Shown: positions 10,925 to 23,939 of the stretch, in pieces
Layout of the letters: the number at the start of each line of letters is the position of its first letter
Numbering within the stretch: the first letter of the stretch is position 1
NCBI GenBank assembly: GCA_016748015.1
Contig: JAAOMT010000439.1
Location: 900,719 to 964,718, forward strand
Length of the DNA stretch: 64,000 nucleotides
Direction of reading: 5' to 3'
Source of the DNA: Geosiphon pyriformis uo1
Lineage: Eukaryota > Fungi > Glomeromycota
Made by a program: the position numbers and the translations under genes
Notes under the pieces: generated by a model
Told to the model about the DNA's origin: nothing
Database searches by the model: none
Seen by the model: only the letters and a program-made list of their open reading frames with translations

Positions 10925-13900
10925 AAAACAGATTTTTGGAGCCATTTTGAATAGTAAAACTTGGTTCTAAATTTTTTGATTGATTTTTAAAATGTATTGT
11001 TAATACAAAAAAATAGAAATAATAGTATTAATATAAATAAATTCTATCTTGTTATTAATGTTTTTTACGAAATTAACTTGTATATTTCTTTTTCTACTTG
11101 ACCTAAATCATTGAATTTTTCGAATAGTAAAACCTAATTTTTATTACATAGTTACTGAAATTAGTTAAAAAATCTTTGTAAAAAATAAAAAAATAATTTA
11201 TGCAATCTTTTTTTGGGATTTAATTATTAAAATTGTTTTGAAGTATTATAATTATATTCTCAATATATTTAGCATTGATTATTTCTTTTTTAACATTAAT
11301 TTTTTTGTTTACAAAACTAAACTGAAATGCAATTTAGATCATGCTACTAATGAAAATTTTTAAAGCTAATTTCAGATTTATTTTTATAAGAGAATAGAGT
11401 ATTATAACTATGAGAAAATATTCAAAATATCTTAAATTAAATCCAGTATCATTTATATGTGCTTTTTTTAAGCATATTTTTTTATTATTGTTGTTGTACC
11501 ACTTTAATTCTAATTTTTTAAAAAAATTAAAATAAATAAAATACTGTTTTATTTTGGTAGTTATATTTGACTTTTAAAATATTATGTTTTTTATTGCTAA
11601 TACATACTTTTTTTTGGGTTTTTTGAGTTTAAAGATAAGATAAAGTGTTTATTAAAATAAATTAAACAAGAAATCATATTCATTATAATACTAAAAATAA
11701 CAAAAAATCAAACAATGATTGCATAATTTTATATTAAAATTGGCAATCTTTGTTTTTGTTTTTTTTGAATAAAAACAAGTTCTTAATATTGGTTTTAAAA
11801 TGCTTTAAATCATTAGTAAATAGATTATCTATCTTTTTTATAGTTATTGAAGCATTTTTTATAATATGTTTTTTTTTAATTATGATATTTTCTTACTTTA
11901 TAATAGCTATTTTCCAAAGATTTTTTTTATTTTAGAGGTATAAATTCAGTTAGTTTATTGTTTGATTATAAACTACAGCAAATAAAGTTTTTTTTTCAGA
12001 ATTTGTTGTATGTTTTTTTTTGTTAGAAACATTATTCTATAATTTTTTATCTAATAAAATTTTATTACATGTAAAACATAGCATATTGTCTTATTTGTTT
12101 TGTTATTTTGGTTGTTTAAATTATTTTAATATACAAAAATAACAATAATATTTGATGAAAGTTGGCTATACTTTATTGTTTTTAATATATACACTCATTA
12201 AAAATAACTTTTTTTTTACAATTAACACAAATTAATTTTAGAAATCAATATTGTTAATTTCTTTAATTTAGAATTGATAAACTAATATTAATGTCTGAAG
12301 TTTTTTGTTATTTTTTTTTTTGTTTGTTTTTTTTATATAAAAAGTAATAATAGTTTTGTTCTGAAATTATCAGCCCAAAAAACTTGATAAGTTTCTAAAG
12401 TTGGCTAAAAAATAGATTCTTTAAATTTAATTAGAAGTTGTTTTAGAACTGTTGTTTTAAAATATTTATATGTGGCAAATTTTCTATAAGAGCTTAATAC
12501 TAAGTGGCTTTTATTTTATTTTTTTTATTAATTTAATGAGTGCAGCCTAACTACTATCTAACATACAGAAACAAACAAGATAAATCAAACTAAACATGAC
12601 TCATGTGCTTTCTATATGTGATTAACCACTTGGGCCAATTAAGACAGCATTACACACTCACAAAGACTCCATTACTATTATCCAGCCCCAAAAAGAACAA
12701 ACACCAACTTCTAAAACCAAAACTAACAGCAAAAGACTTAATTATACTAAGCATGCAAACTACACTCTTAAATAACAGACTAGACAAACCATGTAGAGGA
12801 ACAAAAAATTCACCCATGTCACAAACCAAACCACTTTTTTTCATGTCAACCCTAAATTTAGATTTCAACAACCATGTTCTACAATGATAACTCTCAGTTA
12901 AATGACATACAAAATCAATAACAATAAGAATAGCACTCTTTCTATCACCAAAGACAGCAACGATCTCTCTAACCCAATTAATGAAAACAAAACCTTTCCA
13001 TAACTTCATATACACATTTCTATCTAAGACCTCTGTGAGAGCAAGAAGCACTAAAGATGAAACTGAAAGACGATTGCCCACCAAAGACTTCTACAAGTTG
13101 ACATGGCCGGAAATAACTTCAGAGCACACTACCAAGTCAGCAGAGCACATAAAAGCATGTTTAGAGAATTCAACTTCCCCACACATTAAGCACAAAACAC
13201 TCGGGTAGCACTTGTCACACAGTCTTTTTCGAACAGCTACTGGCAACCTTTTATGCACAGCCTTTATTAGATAAGTACACAATGCAGCTGAATTTCTACT
13301 AGTAAAATCTGCCAACATATGAGAGTCTGGGTGCCAAACAGAGGCAGTACACTCTCAGTTAATACGCCTGATATCCGAACTGTCCAAAACATTCACCCCA
13401 GGCCCAGCTTCCTATAAAGCCTAGTTTACAGCATAATATATATCACTAACAAAATGCCTAGCATTACCAGAAATGGCAAAACCATCTGCCATGAAGAATC
13501 TATCAGAAATGCTAACTGGAAAAGCTAAATTGAAATGTGCTGTGGCACGAGCAAAAGCATCTGTGTGATCATTGCCCATGATGTTCGAATGTTTTTTTAC
13601 CTTAACCCATCTCACTGAAATGTCTTTTGATCTGATTAAATTAAAAATATGACATCTTTCCATCCAGCAATGATTACAAAAGTCGGATTGGCATAATTTA
13701 CTTTCCAACACACAGACATCCAAAGCCACTTGATTATTCAAATGAAGCACCACAGAGCATGATGAAGGAATGCACTTCAATGCCAAGACAATTGTCTGAA
13801 GCTCAGCTAAAATAGACAACAACAAATCCTGAACTCTTACACTCACACCCATACCAACTTTAGAAAAAAAAGCTGCTGTCCCACAAGCCACTTTGTCTGT

Positions 13901-16900
13901 ACCCAGATCACTTAATAAACTATCAGTATACACATTCAGTTCCTTAGTCCAGACTTCATGCAAATGCTTATAAATGCACAAATAATCATTTGAATGAAAA
14001 AATTCAGAGCAGCTTGCTCCAGTTTTACTTATTCCAGAACTTGCCAAAAAGCCATTCACATGCACAAAAGCTCTTGTAAACCATGAAGGCACTGGGCCCC
14101 TAAGACTCAACCTTTTTCAACACTGAAAAATCTTCCAATCCATGACCTGATCATGCTTGGTAATTAGAACATCTCCAAAAACAATGCCAAAGCACTTCAA
14201 GGAATACATCACGTCAAAATAATCATCAGCTCCAAGGATTCTAAACATCGGAAAACGATTGGTACCATGAAATGCACAAGATATATAATTGAACAAAAAA
14301 ATGTTTGTATCAATAAAGATCCTTACAACACCTGCCAGGAAGTTATTCAAGGAACACACTCTTAGTTTGACTGAATAGCTCAGAGAATGAAGTGGAGCCC
14401 ACCCTAAAACTTGCAAATCCAAAGCACGGTGCACAAACAAATGACCAAAAATCCCAGATGCATTAGAAAAACCAATTACTGAGACAATTTTGGACTTAGC
14501 TTGCATTTGCTTAAAAGACTTCAGACTATACAATAATAAATGATGTAAAGCTTTATTAAGAAAGTTTTTTGGCAACAAAGCCTTAAACCTGAGACCCTTT
14601 TTGACCAGAACATCTCACCTTTGACACATCCTTTTATTAACAAAACTAAACTAAGTGCGATAACAGATAATAGGCTGAAGGACTGCCGAAACCAAATAAG
14701 AGAACTGCTTATCCGATATAGCCTTCCTGAAGACCATATTAGAAAAAAACCTAACATCTACATGAGTCTTAGCAAAACTTGGCTTAAACAGACCCTTTGT
14801 TAACAAAAAAATACCCAAGTATCTATAAGACTTATCACCCTTTGCTATGGAAATAGGTCTATCACTAATTAACAAGAAATCATTAGCTACTTTTAGATTG
14901 ATGAGAATGGCCACAGTCTTGTTATTATTTATCAAAATGTCATTGATCTCGAAAAATTTACTTGCAATATTTAAAATATACTGTGTCAAAGCCTAACCAT
15001 TCTCCACCCAAATCATGTCATTAACAAAAACACCAGCTGCAAAGAAAAAAGATTTACTACCACTAGATTCAACTCTGCCAGACTTTGCAATAAAATTCAA
15101 AATGATTTTATATCTACACAAGTGTTCTTGTTTTTTGACTTCACACAACAAAGGGTTATAGAAAATCCTCCATAGAAGCAGAAAGAACATCTCACCCTGG
15201 TCCAACCCATTATGGAGCACATATCCATCCGAAAGACCAAAGTTGGTCATAATCTTATTGACCCAGTTGTTATGAATATTGCCAAAAAATTTTATGAAGT
15301 CACCACACATTTTGATTTGCTCCAAACTGGACCTTAGATAATGCCAACCAACTGAATCATATGCTTTCCACATATCCTGTAAGACCAACCAAATTTCACA
15401 ACCTTTTTCCAAAGCATCTTTGACTATTGAGCCAACAGCAAAAATGGAAGACTGAATTGAAGTGTCTTTCAAGACTGAGAAGTTGTTATTACACAGAACA
15501 CCAAATTTGCTGCATGCAAATGAAATATGATCTGACAAAACCTTGGACAAAATCTTTTTAGCAGTCTCAATAAGTGCAATCGGTCTGGTGTTTGTTAGAA
15601 TCTCATCTCAGTCATACAGCTTGGGGATCATAGATACCCATGCTCTCTTCCAAGAAACAGGAACATCACCAATCTTTAAACAAAAGTTCAATAAATCCAG
15701 AAGACAAACCATCACACCATTATCACTATGCTTCCACAACTCATTGGATATGCCAGAAAGACCAGTGGCTTTGCCATTGGACAATTTGCTAACCATTAAA
15801 GACAATTTGTCCAAACTAATTTCACACATTACTTCCAAAAAAACATCATTACCTACATGAGCCAAGAGGGCATATTGATGAGCCCATATGCCAGGTAAAA
15901 CCAGACAACACTTTCTTTTGTGAGTTCAGTCTACTATAATCTTATCAACTTTGGATCTAACTTCCTCTGGTTTGAGAATCAGCTCATCCCCAATTACCAA
16001 ATAGTCCAGAACAATTTTATGAAATGGCCGTTCCAAGATGCTTCTAATTATGCCACTCTTATTCAAGTTAAAATTTTTCATATGCTTATCAATTACATCT
16101 TTAATACATTCACTTTTGGCAAGTTTAGCTTCATAGTATTTGGACTTTCAATACTCTTTCTTAATTTTTGACAAATGATCATGCAAAGCATCCAATTTCG
16201 AGCTGTTTTAGAGCATAACTGTAAACTTAAAAGCCTCAACATTGTCCAAAATCACCCAGACTTGCACAAGGCAATCAAACTTAGACATATGACCTGAACA
16301 TAGGCACTTTAAAACTTTTGCAACCAAAGATTCCAATCTAAAAAACCTTGAAGACTGCTTATTTCTTGGACCATCAAATTTGCAAAACCAATGTTTAGAA
16401 AACACTTCATTTGCTAAACCACAGACTGCATTTTTCAGGACCTCCCATTCTCCTTTGTGACCAAAAAAAAATCTAAAGACAAAACTAAAGCAGCTAAAGA
16501 AAGTTTCTTGAAACACATCCATTTAGCTGTATCCACATTCTTGATCCCAAATTTCCATCAGTCTCTGTTAGCTTGTTTACAAATATTATTCAAACAGGCA
16601 TCTACCAAGCCCCCTAACCCTAATGAGACACCAACCATGTTATGATTGGTATCAAAAAAACCAGACACTGAAGCAGCCTCTTGCCCGACCACAGTCAAGA
16701 CCAGATTTTCACTTATAAAAATCTAGTTGATAATTTTGTTGATCCTTCATGAGTTGCTTCAAGTACTTAGTTTGTGCACAGGAGATCCACCCAATGAGTT
16801 GACCAAACCCAAGTCTGAGCACTTCTTAAAACTGACATACTTCTTGGTCCTATCTTCATTGAAATCACCACAAAGCACCATAAAAGAGCTCATATTTACA

Positions 16901-19900
16901 GTCTTGAAGATGAGCAAGTTGATGCCAGAAGCTTGAGCAAATCTCATCTTAGTTGAAACACCAGCATACAAACCCAAAAACATCACTGAAAGCTTATTTT
17001 TAAACAACAAGTGAACAGAAACAATCCTGCCAGGAACTTCCTCAACCTTCGAAACATGGTAAGCCAAAGAGCCACACATCACAATAGCCATGCCCACACC
17101 AACATAACCCTTTTTTAGACCAGAAGTGAAGATCCTAACTTCTTCAAACTTGTCCTTTATCCAAGACCCAACATTTGATTTTAACTTAGTTTTAGTAAGA
17201 ACAGAAACCATGTTATCAGATTCCAAATGCTACTTAATAATGTTCTCCTGTTTTGCTAAATTCATCATACCTTTGACATTACATGTGGCAATCTTCCACA
17301 CAGTACTGGTCATTGGGAAGGTCAATCAATAGGAACCATACCAGTATTGTTCATTTTAGCTAAAAGACCCAAACCATAATTGCAAGATTTCTCAAAGTAT
17401 TCTCTATTTTCCCAATAACAAAATTGTCAAAAATTACTGCCTCCACAATAGTTTCACCACTAGTGGCCACATTCAAACCCTTACTCATCACTATATCTGC
17501 TCCTTGATTCTGTGATGAAGGGGTCACCAATGGCTGACATCTAGGGCCAAGCTGAGAAACCATTGACACAAGTGTAGCCAACCTCTTAGCTAGCATATTG
17601 ACATTCTCTGTGAGGCTGGCAAGACTGTGCTCAAGAGCAGCAAACCTATCATTAATTTCTACAGCAGCTGTTAAGAAGAGCTTTATCTTCGAAGAGGAGC
17701 CAACATTCTCTAAAACAATTCAGTCAGAAAGAGAAGAAAAAGAAGACCCACTTGTAACCTTTGCACAAGAGAGACCACCAAAAGAAACAGAACGAGGAAC
17801 TGGTGCAGAATGTTTGGCATATATTGCAGCCAGCCTGCTTTTATCTGAATTTGAAAGCACTTTGCAGAATGAACCACTGGAAGAAACTTTTTTACTCTTG
17901 GCACAGCTCAATGATGTATGATCTAACTTTTCACACTTGGCACATCTGGTAGAAACAAAACTAGACCAACGTAAATTAGAGCCTCTAAGCACCAGTGTGG
18001 TTTTTATGACAGCATTTAAGGATTCAGCAGAATCGAAGCAAACAACAGCACACCTGACCTAAGCATATGTAACCAGATGGCAATTGATGACACAAGTTTT
18101 TCTACCCACAAATCAAACAAAGTTCCAAATATCATGAGCATTAGTTTCTATTGACAATATATAAAACAGCACTCTATGATGATCTCTTTTATCTCATAAT
18201 TTTTTGTTTAGATCAGCTCTGGCAACATGTATAACATCTTTCTCAATTAGAATAGACCGCTCAGCTGTGACCAAATCAGCTTGATTTGATTGCTCAAATT
18301 CTACCAAAGCTTTTTGCCACAGCTCCACTAACTGTATCTTGATCGACTTAATAATTCCAAATTCAGACAATGCAGCATATACAGTCTCAGCTAATATACC
18401 AACTGGAATTTTCTTTACTACTACAGCCCAATCTGAGCAACTAGCAGATTACTTGAGATTGGTGTTTACTAAAATGTCCACTGCTCTTGTCTTTTCTGTA
18501 GCCTGCACCAAGCTAGCTTCAGAAGTGAAGGAAGCATGAATGATCTCAGAAAATTTTGAGGGGACAGAGGCCCTCCCAAAACCATTAACTCTTGAAAACA
18601 ATCTTCTAACCACCATGAGCTTCTCCTGGAAGGATTTCTCAACCACTTTATCCAATCCAATATCCAGAGCAAAAGACTTTCTAACAGAAACAAGAACCAA
18701 ATTTTTTAAGGAAGAGGGAAGCTTTAAGAAGGCATCTAAGAGAACATTGTCATCAACATCAAGATTTGAGAAGTTTATTTTTTTTAATGGCTTGCCCAAA
18801 GCTGTTTTAGTTATAGTGCCTGGCTCTTTAGGTGTCTGATCATGCTTTTCATCAGCAATAGCGCCATTCTCACCATAGTCAAAGCTAGTTTCCTCCACTA
18901 GACACTCCTTTTCCATATTGATACTCTCTGACTCAGTAATGTCACCAGTCTCAGAACTCCAAGAATGACCACCAGACACCTTAGCTAGAACCCTTTTGCC
19001 ATCAACACCCTTATCCAAAGCAACACCTTTTCTCTTTTTTCTTGACAACACAAATTTAAAACCATCACCAGAACCAAACTTTTCAGCAATCTTCTTCATG
19101 ATGGCAATACTAGAGCCAATAATGGCCTCGAAATCAAAAAACAGTTTGGTTTTATCATACTGAATTATGAAAAAAAACTACTTTCAAAAAACTATATGAC
19201 TCTTTTTGGGAATTTGGAATAAATGAGAGAAAGAAGTTTTTTTACTGGTTTTTATAATAAATACTTTAATTAAAATTTTAATTCCATTAATTTTAAATAA
19301 AAAATAATTAATCTTTTTTATTAGTGTTTTAATATTCTTATTTGTAGTAATTATTTTGATAATGGCTGCACAATTTACTTGATAATTCAATTAATTTATG
19401 AATTGTCTTATAATTATGCCATTTATTAATTTGTTGTTAAGTATTAGTTTAATATTTATTTGTTTTACTTTAATACTAGTGTATATTATTATAATTAGTT
19501 TATTTTGGTTAATAACAACTCTATTAAAAAGATTAATAAAATTCAAACTGTTAATATTAAATAGAAATATAACAGCAAGTATATTATCTTAAATGTTTAC
19601 AGCAAAAAAAATAATATTGAAAATGATTTAATTGTTGTTAAAAAAAATTGGTAATTCTAACTACAGCTTTTTTTTCTAAAAATACAGTATTATTAAAATT
19701 CAGAGTTTTTATAAGACCAAAATATAAAGTCTGATTTGAATATTCTGTTAAAGTTGCTTAGAATAATAAATTGCTATAATTTATAGTTCAAAGCAGTACT
19801 GTAATAAGTTGAGTTTAATTTTTATTATTGCTTTAATATTCTTAATTATAGTTAATAGTTTAGAGCCTTGAGTTGCTATATGATAAAACTTAATATTAGA

Positions 19901-22400
19901 GTAGTGTTTGTAATATTACTTGTAAATATTGATAATAATTTTGTGGTGGTTAAGAAAAGTATTGGAATTGTTAATATATATACAAAAAATATTGGAATTC
20001 TATAAATTGTGAATATCTGAATTATTACTAATATTAGGTTTAATATTTTGATTTAATAGTTTTTATAACAATTTTTTATAATATAATTAGATTTTTAACA
20101 ATAGTAACAATTATAAAGATCTTGTTTTCAAAATTGTTGTTGTTGTTAACAGTATTGCTATTACTGATATTTGTTGGTATTTTTTTTATATTGTAATAGC
20201 TAATAAGTCTTTGCACTTTTAACAAAGAATTTCTTAATTTTTTGAGTCAATTTTTTACTTAATTAAATAAGCTTTATATTAATATTAGAGGTTTTGTTTA
20301 TGACTAAATTGATGGCTTGTGTATAGTTGGCTTCTTGTTTTGCTAATTTAAAATTACAAACTAGTATTACTGTTTCTTATAAGTTGTTAAAATATTGGAG
20401 TTTAATAAATTAAAAAATATTACTTTTTAGTTTTTTAATAAATTGGTAAAGAATTTAATCTGCAATGTAATAGTTTTTTTAAATTATCTAAATTTGGCAA
20501 AAAGTTTGATTAAATTTTCTAAAATAAGTAATTACAGTTTTGTGATTTTTCTGTTTTATTATATTGAATTGATTTTATAGTTTAATAAACATATTTACAT
20601 TACAAAACTACTATAAAAAGACAAGTTTGAAGATAACAAAGTTAGTTAGTTTTTCATTAAAACTTTGATATTATGAATCTGTAATTTTAGTTAAAAAAAA
20701 GATAAAACTTGAATTGTTCTGGTTTTGTTTTAATTATTGGCTTTAATTGTTTTTTTAGCTTTTTTAATCTATATATATGTATTGTTTTCTTTGCTAAAAA
20801 ATTTTTCTAGTCTAACAATATCTCTGTATTTTATTATTTGAGTAATAAGAATTTGTTTAAATATGGATAAAAAAATGTTAATAAAAGTATGTTTAGTGTA
20901 TTGTTTACCTTGAAACTAGTTGTTTTTTTATTGGTTGTTTTAATAAATTGCAATACAGATGTTTTTTTTAAAAAAATATTTGTTAACTTAATAAGTGACT
21001 AAATTAGAAGTAATGTTTAAGGAAAAGTGTTTTTATCTGAATTATTGGTTGTTAAAGTAAAATTTTTAAACAAAAATCCATATTTTTCTAAGAATTTAGT
21101 TTTAAAAATTTTGGTTAGAGTCTTACAAATACAAATTTCCAAGAGTCTTTAAAGTTTTTAATTGTAATTTAATAAGTTAATTAAGTAAAATTTTGTTTTC
21201 TGAAGTTTGATAATATAAAAAAATTATTGGTAAGAAAAAATTTGATTTTTTATTAATCATAAATACAGTTTTTTTTTGTGTAATTTGTGTATTATTATTA
21301 AAATTAAACTTGAATTCTTTGAAGTTAAGTTTTAATATTTGTTTTATTTTTAATTGAAAATATTATTTTTGTGTATATAAATCGATTTTTTTTGTTAATT
21401 AAAAAAAAGTTTTGGCTATGACTCTTGTAGTAATTAAAATTAAATATGCTAATAAATTTGCTTTTTGAGTTTTTTTATATTTGTTGTTTGGTCTAATAGA
21501 TAGTCAATTTTAGTGTGTATATAATAAATAAAATTGTTTTTAGCAATAATAGTCTTTTTTAAAATAATAATATAATGCTTTTTCAAATAGTAAGTGATTT
21601 TTTTTAGTTCTAATAGTTATCACTTTTGTAAATTTTTAAGATGTTCTGTTTTTGTATATTTTATAATTTTTTAGAAAGCACCAAATGTTATGAATAAACT
21701 TAATAAAATATTGTTATAATATTTAGTGTTCTAGATTTAAGTAAGAGAACTGTGAAGTTTTTTTTAATTACATAAAAAATATGTTAAAATTTATTAATTT
21801 TTAAAAATTTTTACTATATGTAAATTTACTTGTGGAATTCTCTAGTTATAAGATATAAAAATGTGTTTTGGCAGTTTGCAATTGTAAATGTAAACTATTT
21901 TTTCTAAGCTAATCAAAGATAGTTACTAAGATTTGATATTGTTTTTTTACTTTTTTAGTAAGCTAACAAGATAAAATTAATATCTAAATCTAAAAAAGCT
22001 TTTTTTTTACTAGACTATTAAGAAATCTATTTTTAGACAATTAATTTTTAATGTTGTTATTTACAAAAATTAAAATAAAAATTAAAATAAAAAATAAAAA
22101 TAAAAAATTTAAATAAGAAAAAAGAAAAAGAGAAATTAATATTGTTAATTATTATAATTAAGAGTAATTGGTCTAAGTTATTAAAATTCCAAAGCTGTTT
22201 ATGCTAATAGTATTTGGTTTAAAATAAAAATAAAAAAAATGATTTATTTAATTTTAATAACATGAATTCTGTAATTATGTACAAATGGATTAAATAATAT
22301 TTTTATTTAATGGTAAATAAAAAAAATATAAAAAAAATAAGATAAAAAAGTTTTATTAAGTTTAAAGCTAAAATATGTTTTAAGAAAATAAGTGTTTGTT
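10925..22400 (-). mobile_element. Old, heavily AT-mutated B-like Gypsy relic (LTR, PBS, gag, protease, Cys-rich region, dUTPase), split by the LINE at 12508-19240
   Basis: Minus strand: taacatttggtgct at about 21677-21690 (LTR end + PBS); KQEANYTQAINLVINK at about 20300 (gag); IKLILNNK at about 19440 (protease LILDSG); LCNHCLIFC at about 11710; DTGFNLRY at about 11440 (dUTPase). The LTR's outer end is approximate. Confidence 0.75.
12508..19240 (-). mobile_element. Near full-length LINE: ORF1 (about 19099-17360) and ORF2 APE endonuclease-RT-RNase H (about 17300-12650); disrupted
   Basis: Endonuclease motifs CGDFN and TKTKL; RT motifs QDMWKAYDSV, GLDQGE and GVFVNDMIW (FVDD-like); RNase H VYTDSL; ORF1 knuckle CAKCEKLDHTSLSC; T-rich tail at about 12508-12530. 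The host protease frame resumes on both sides. Confidence 0.93.
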
Positions 22401-22539
22401 TTCTGTTTGTTTTTTTTATTTATCAAAACAACTTATTTTTATACATATTCTCTAGTTTTATAAAAATGTTTTTAATTATTTATTATTACTAGCTATTGCT
22501 TACTATTTCTGTTATTGTTTTGTTTTTTTATGCTATAAT

Positions 22540-22680
22540 TAGTTATTCTATATTATAACTAGTTATTCTGTGTTATTTAATATTATTGTGTGTTATTTTG
22601 TATTATTTTGAGTTATTATATATTATTCTGTATTATTTTATATTATCACGTTTTTCTATGTTATTACATATTAATTATGT
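22540..22680. repeat. Degenerate ~10-bp minisatellite (gttattctgt-like)
   Basis: Repeated ttattctgtg / ttattttgta / ttattttgag / ttattctgta units. Confidence 0.55.
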
Positions 22681-23012
22681 TTTTTTAATAGCTTTGAATT
22701 AGTTTTTTTATTCAGGTAACACTGTTAAAAGATTGATATTCAAAGCAAAAAATTTATTAACAAATACTTTTACTTAAGTTTTTATTATCTTAGAATCAAT
22801 TTACTATTTGTCTAAAAAAATTTTTAAAAAAAAGAAAAGAGTTTATTATTATTTTCTATATTAAAATTAAGAAAGCCAAAAAAAAAGCTACATTTATATT
22901 AATATTAAGTTTTTTAACCTTAAAAGTAATAGCTGCTAAATTTAAAAAAAAACTTCTTATTAATACTAATTGAAATATTATTATTTTTATTATTGTTAAA
23001 CTTGTTATCCAT

Positions 23013-23889
23013 TGTTACTCATAAAAATATAGAAAATATATTAGCATGATTATTAGCTAATCAGAAGTAGACATAGTAAATGTGGAATTCCAGGATTCTT
23101 CTCAGGAATTGCAGGATTCCAGGAATTTCAGGATTCCTCAATGAGGAATTGCAGGATTCCAGAATTCCAGGATTCCTCTCAAAAGAATCACAGGATTCCA
23201 GGAATTCCAGGATTTCTGTTATAAAGAATCGAGAAATTGAGAAATCTCAATTATATATATATAGCAGCAGGATTAGAAGCTGAAAAGACAGACTTCTTAG
23301 TTTAGATTTAATCTAAGCAACTCTTCAAATCATAATCATTTAATAAATAACTATTTGTTATCTCAAACCCATTTCCACTATCAACACTTCATGTTAATAG
23401 TAATTGATACTTAACCACACTGGAACAATAGCTCTTGATCATGGCTATTGATGGGATACTAACTTGCAAATCGTTTTGGCTTATTTTTTTTCTTTTCTTG
23501 TTTTATTTTATTTTCTTTATTTTCTTGCTTTGATTTTATTGTTGTTTACTAACTCTATTGAGAATTAATGAGTGGGGCACTGACGTCAGAATAAACATAA
23601 CTGGTAAAAGACCCAGAAATAAAGGTAGAACACTTGATTAAAGATAGCTTATCAGGAGAAATACCAGCCATCAAGCTGAGAAAAAAATTGATAAAACTGT
23701 GGTTTCAGGAAGCTATAGATAAAACTATCACCATTAAATCTCTGTCCATTATACAAAAAACTCAACCAAACTCTTCAAATACAAAACCTTCAGATACCAA
23801 ACCTTCAGATTATCAACAATGAGAATAGCTTTGAGCACCAAGTTATGGGTTTGTATTTAATTCAACACCAGAAATTGTCATCTGTAACA
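23013..23889 (+). repeat. 5' LTR, family B
   Basis: tgttactc...ctgtaaca; colinear with 32328-33150; TATA-like tatatatatag at about 23253. Confidence 0.95.
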
Positions 23890-23908
23890 TTTGGTGCTCC
23901 CTGTGAGG
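23890..23908 (+). promoter_or_regulatory. Primer binding site
   Basis: tttggtgctccctgtgagg directly after the LTR, complementary to a tRNA ending CCUCACAGGGAGCACCA. The same site occurs at 60143-60160 (-). Confidence 0.88.
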
Positions 23909-23939
23909 TATAATTTTACAGAGAACCAGCACCAACAAA

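Noticed and set aside
15543-18839. Plus-strand ORFs opposite LINE coding regions (also 34072-34533, 44465-47543)
   Set aside because: Antisense shadows of the minus-strand LINE ORFs with no independent motifs.
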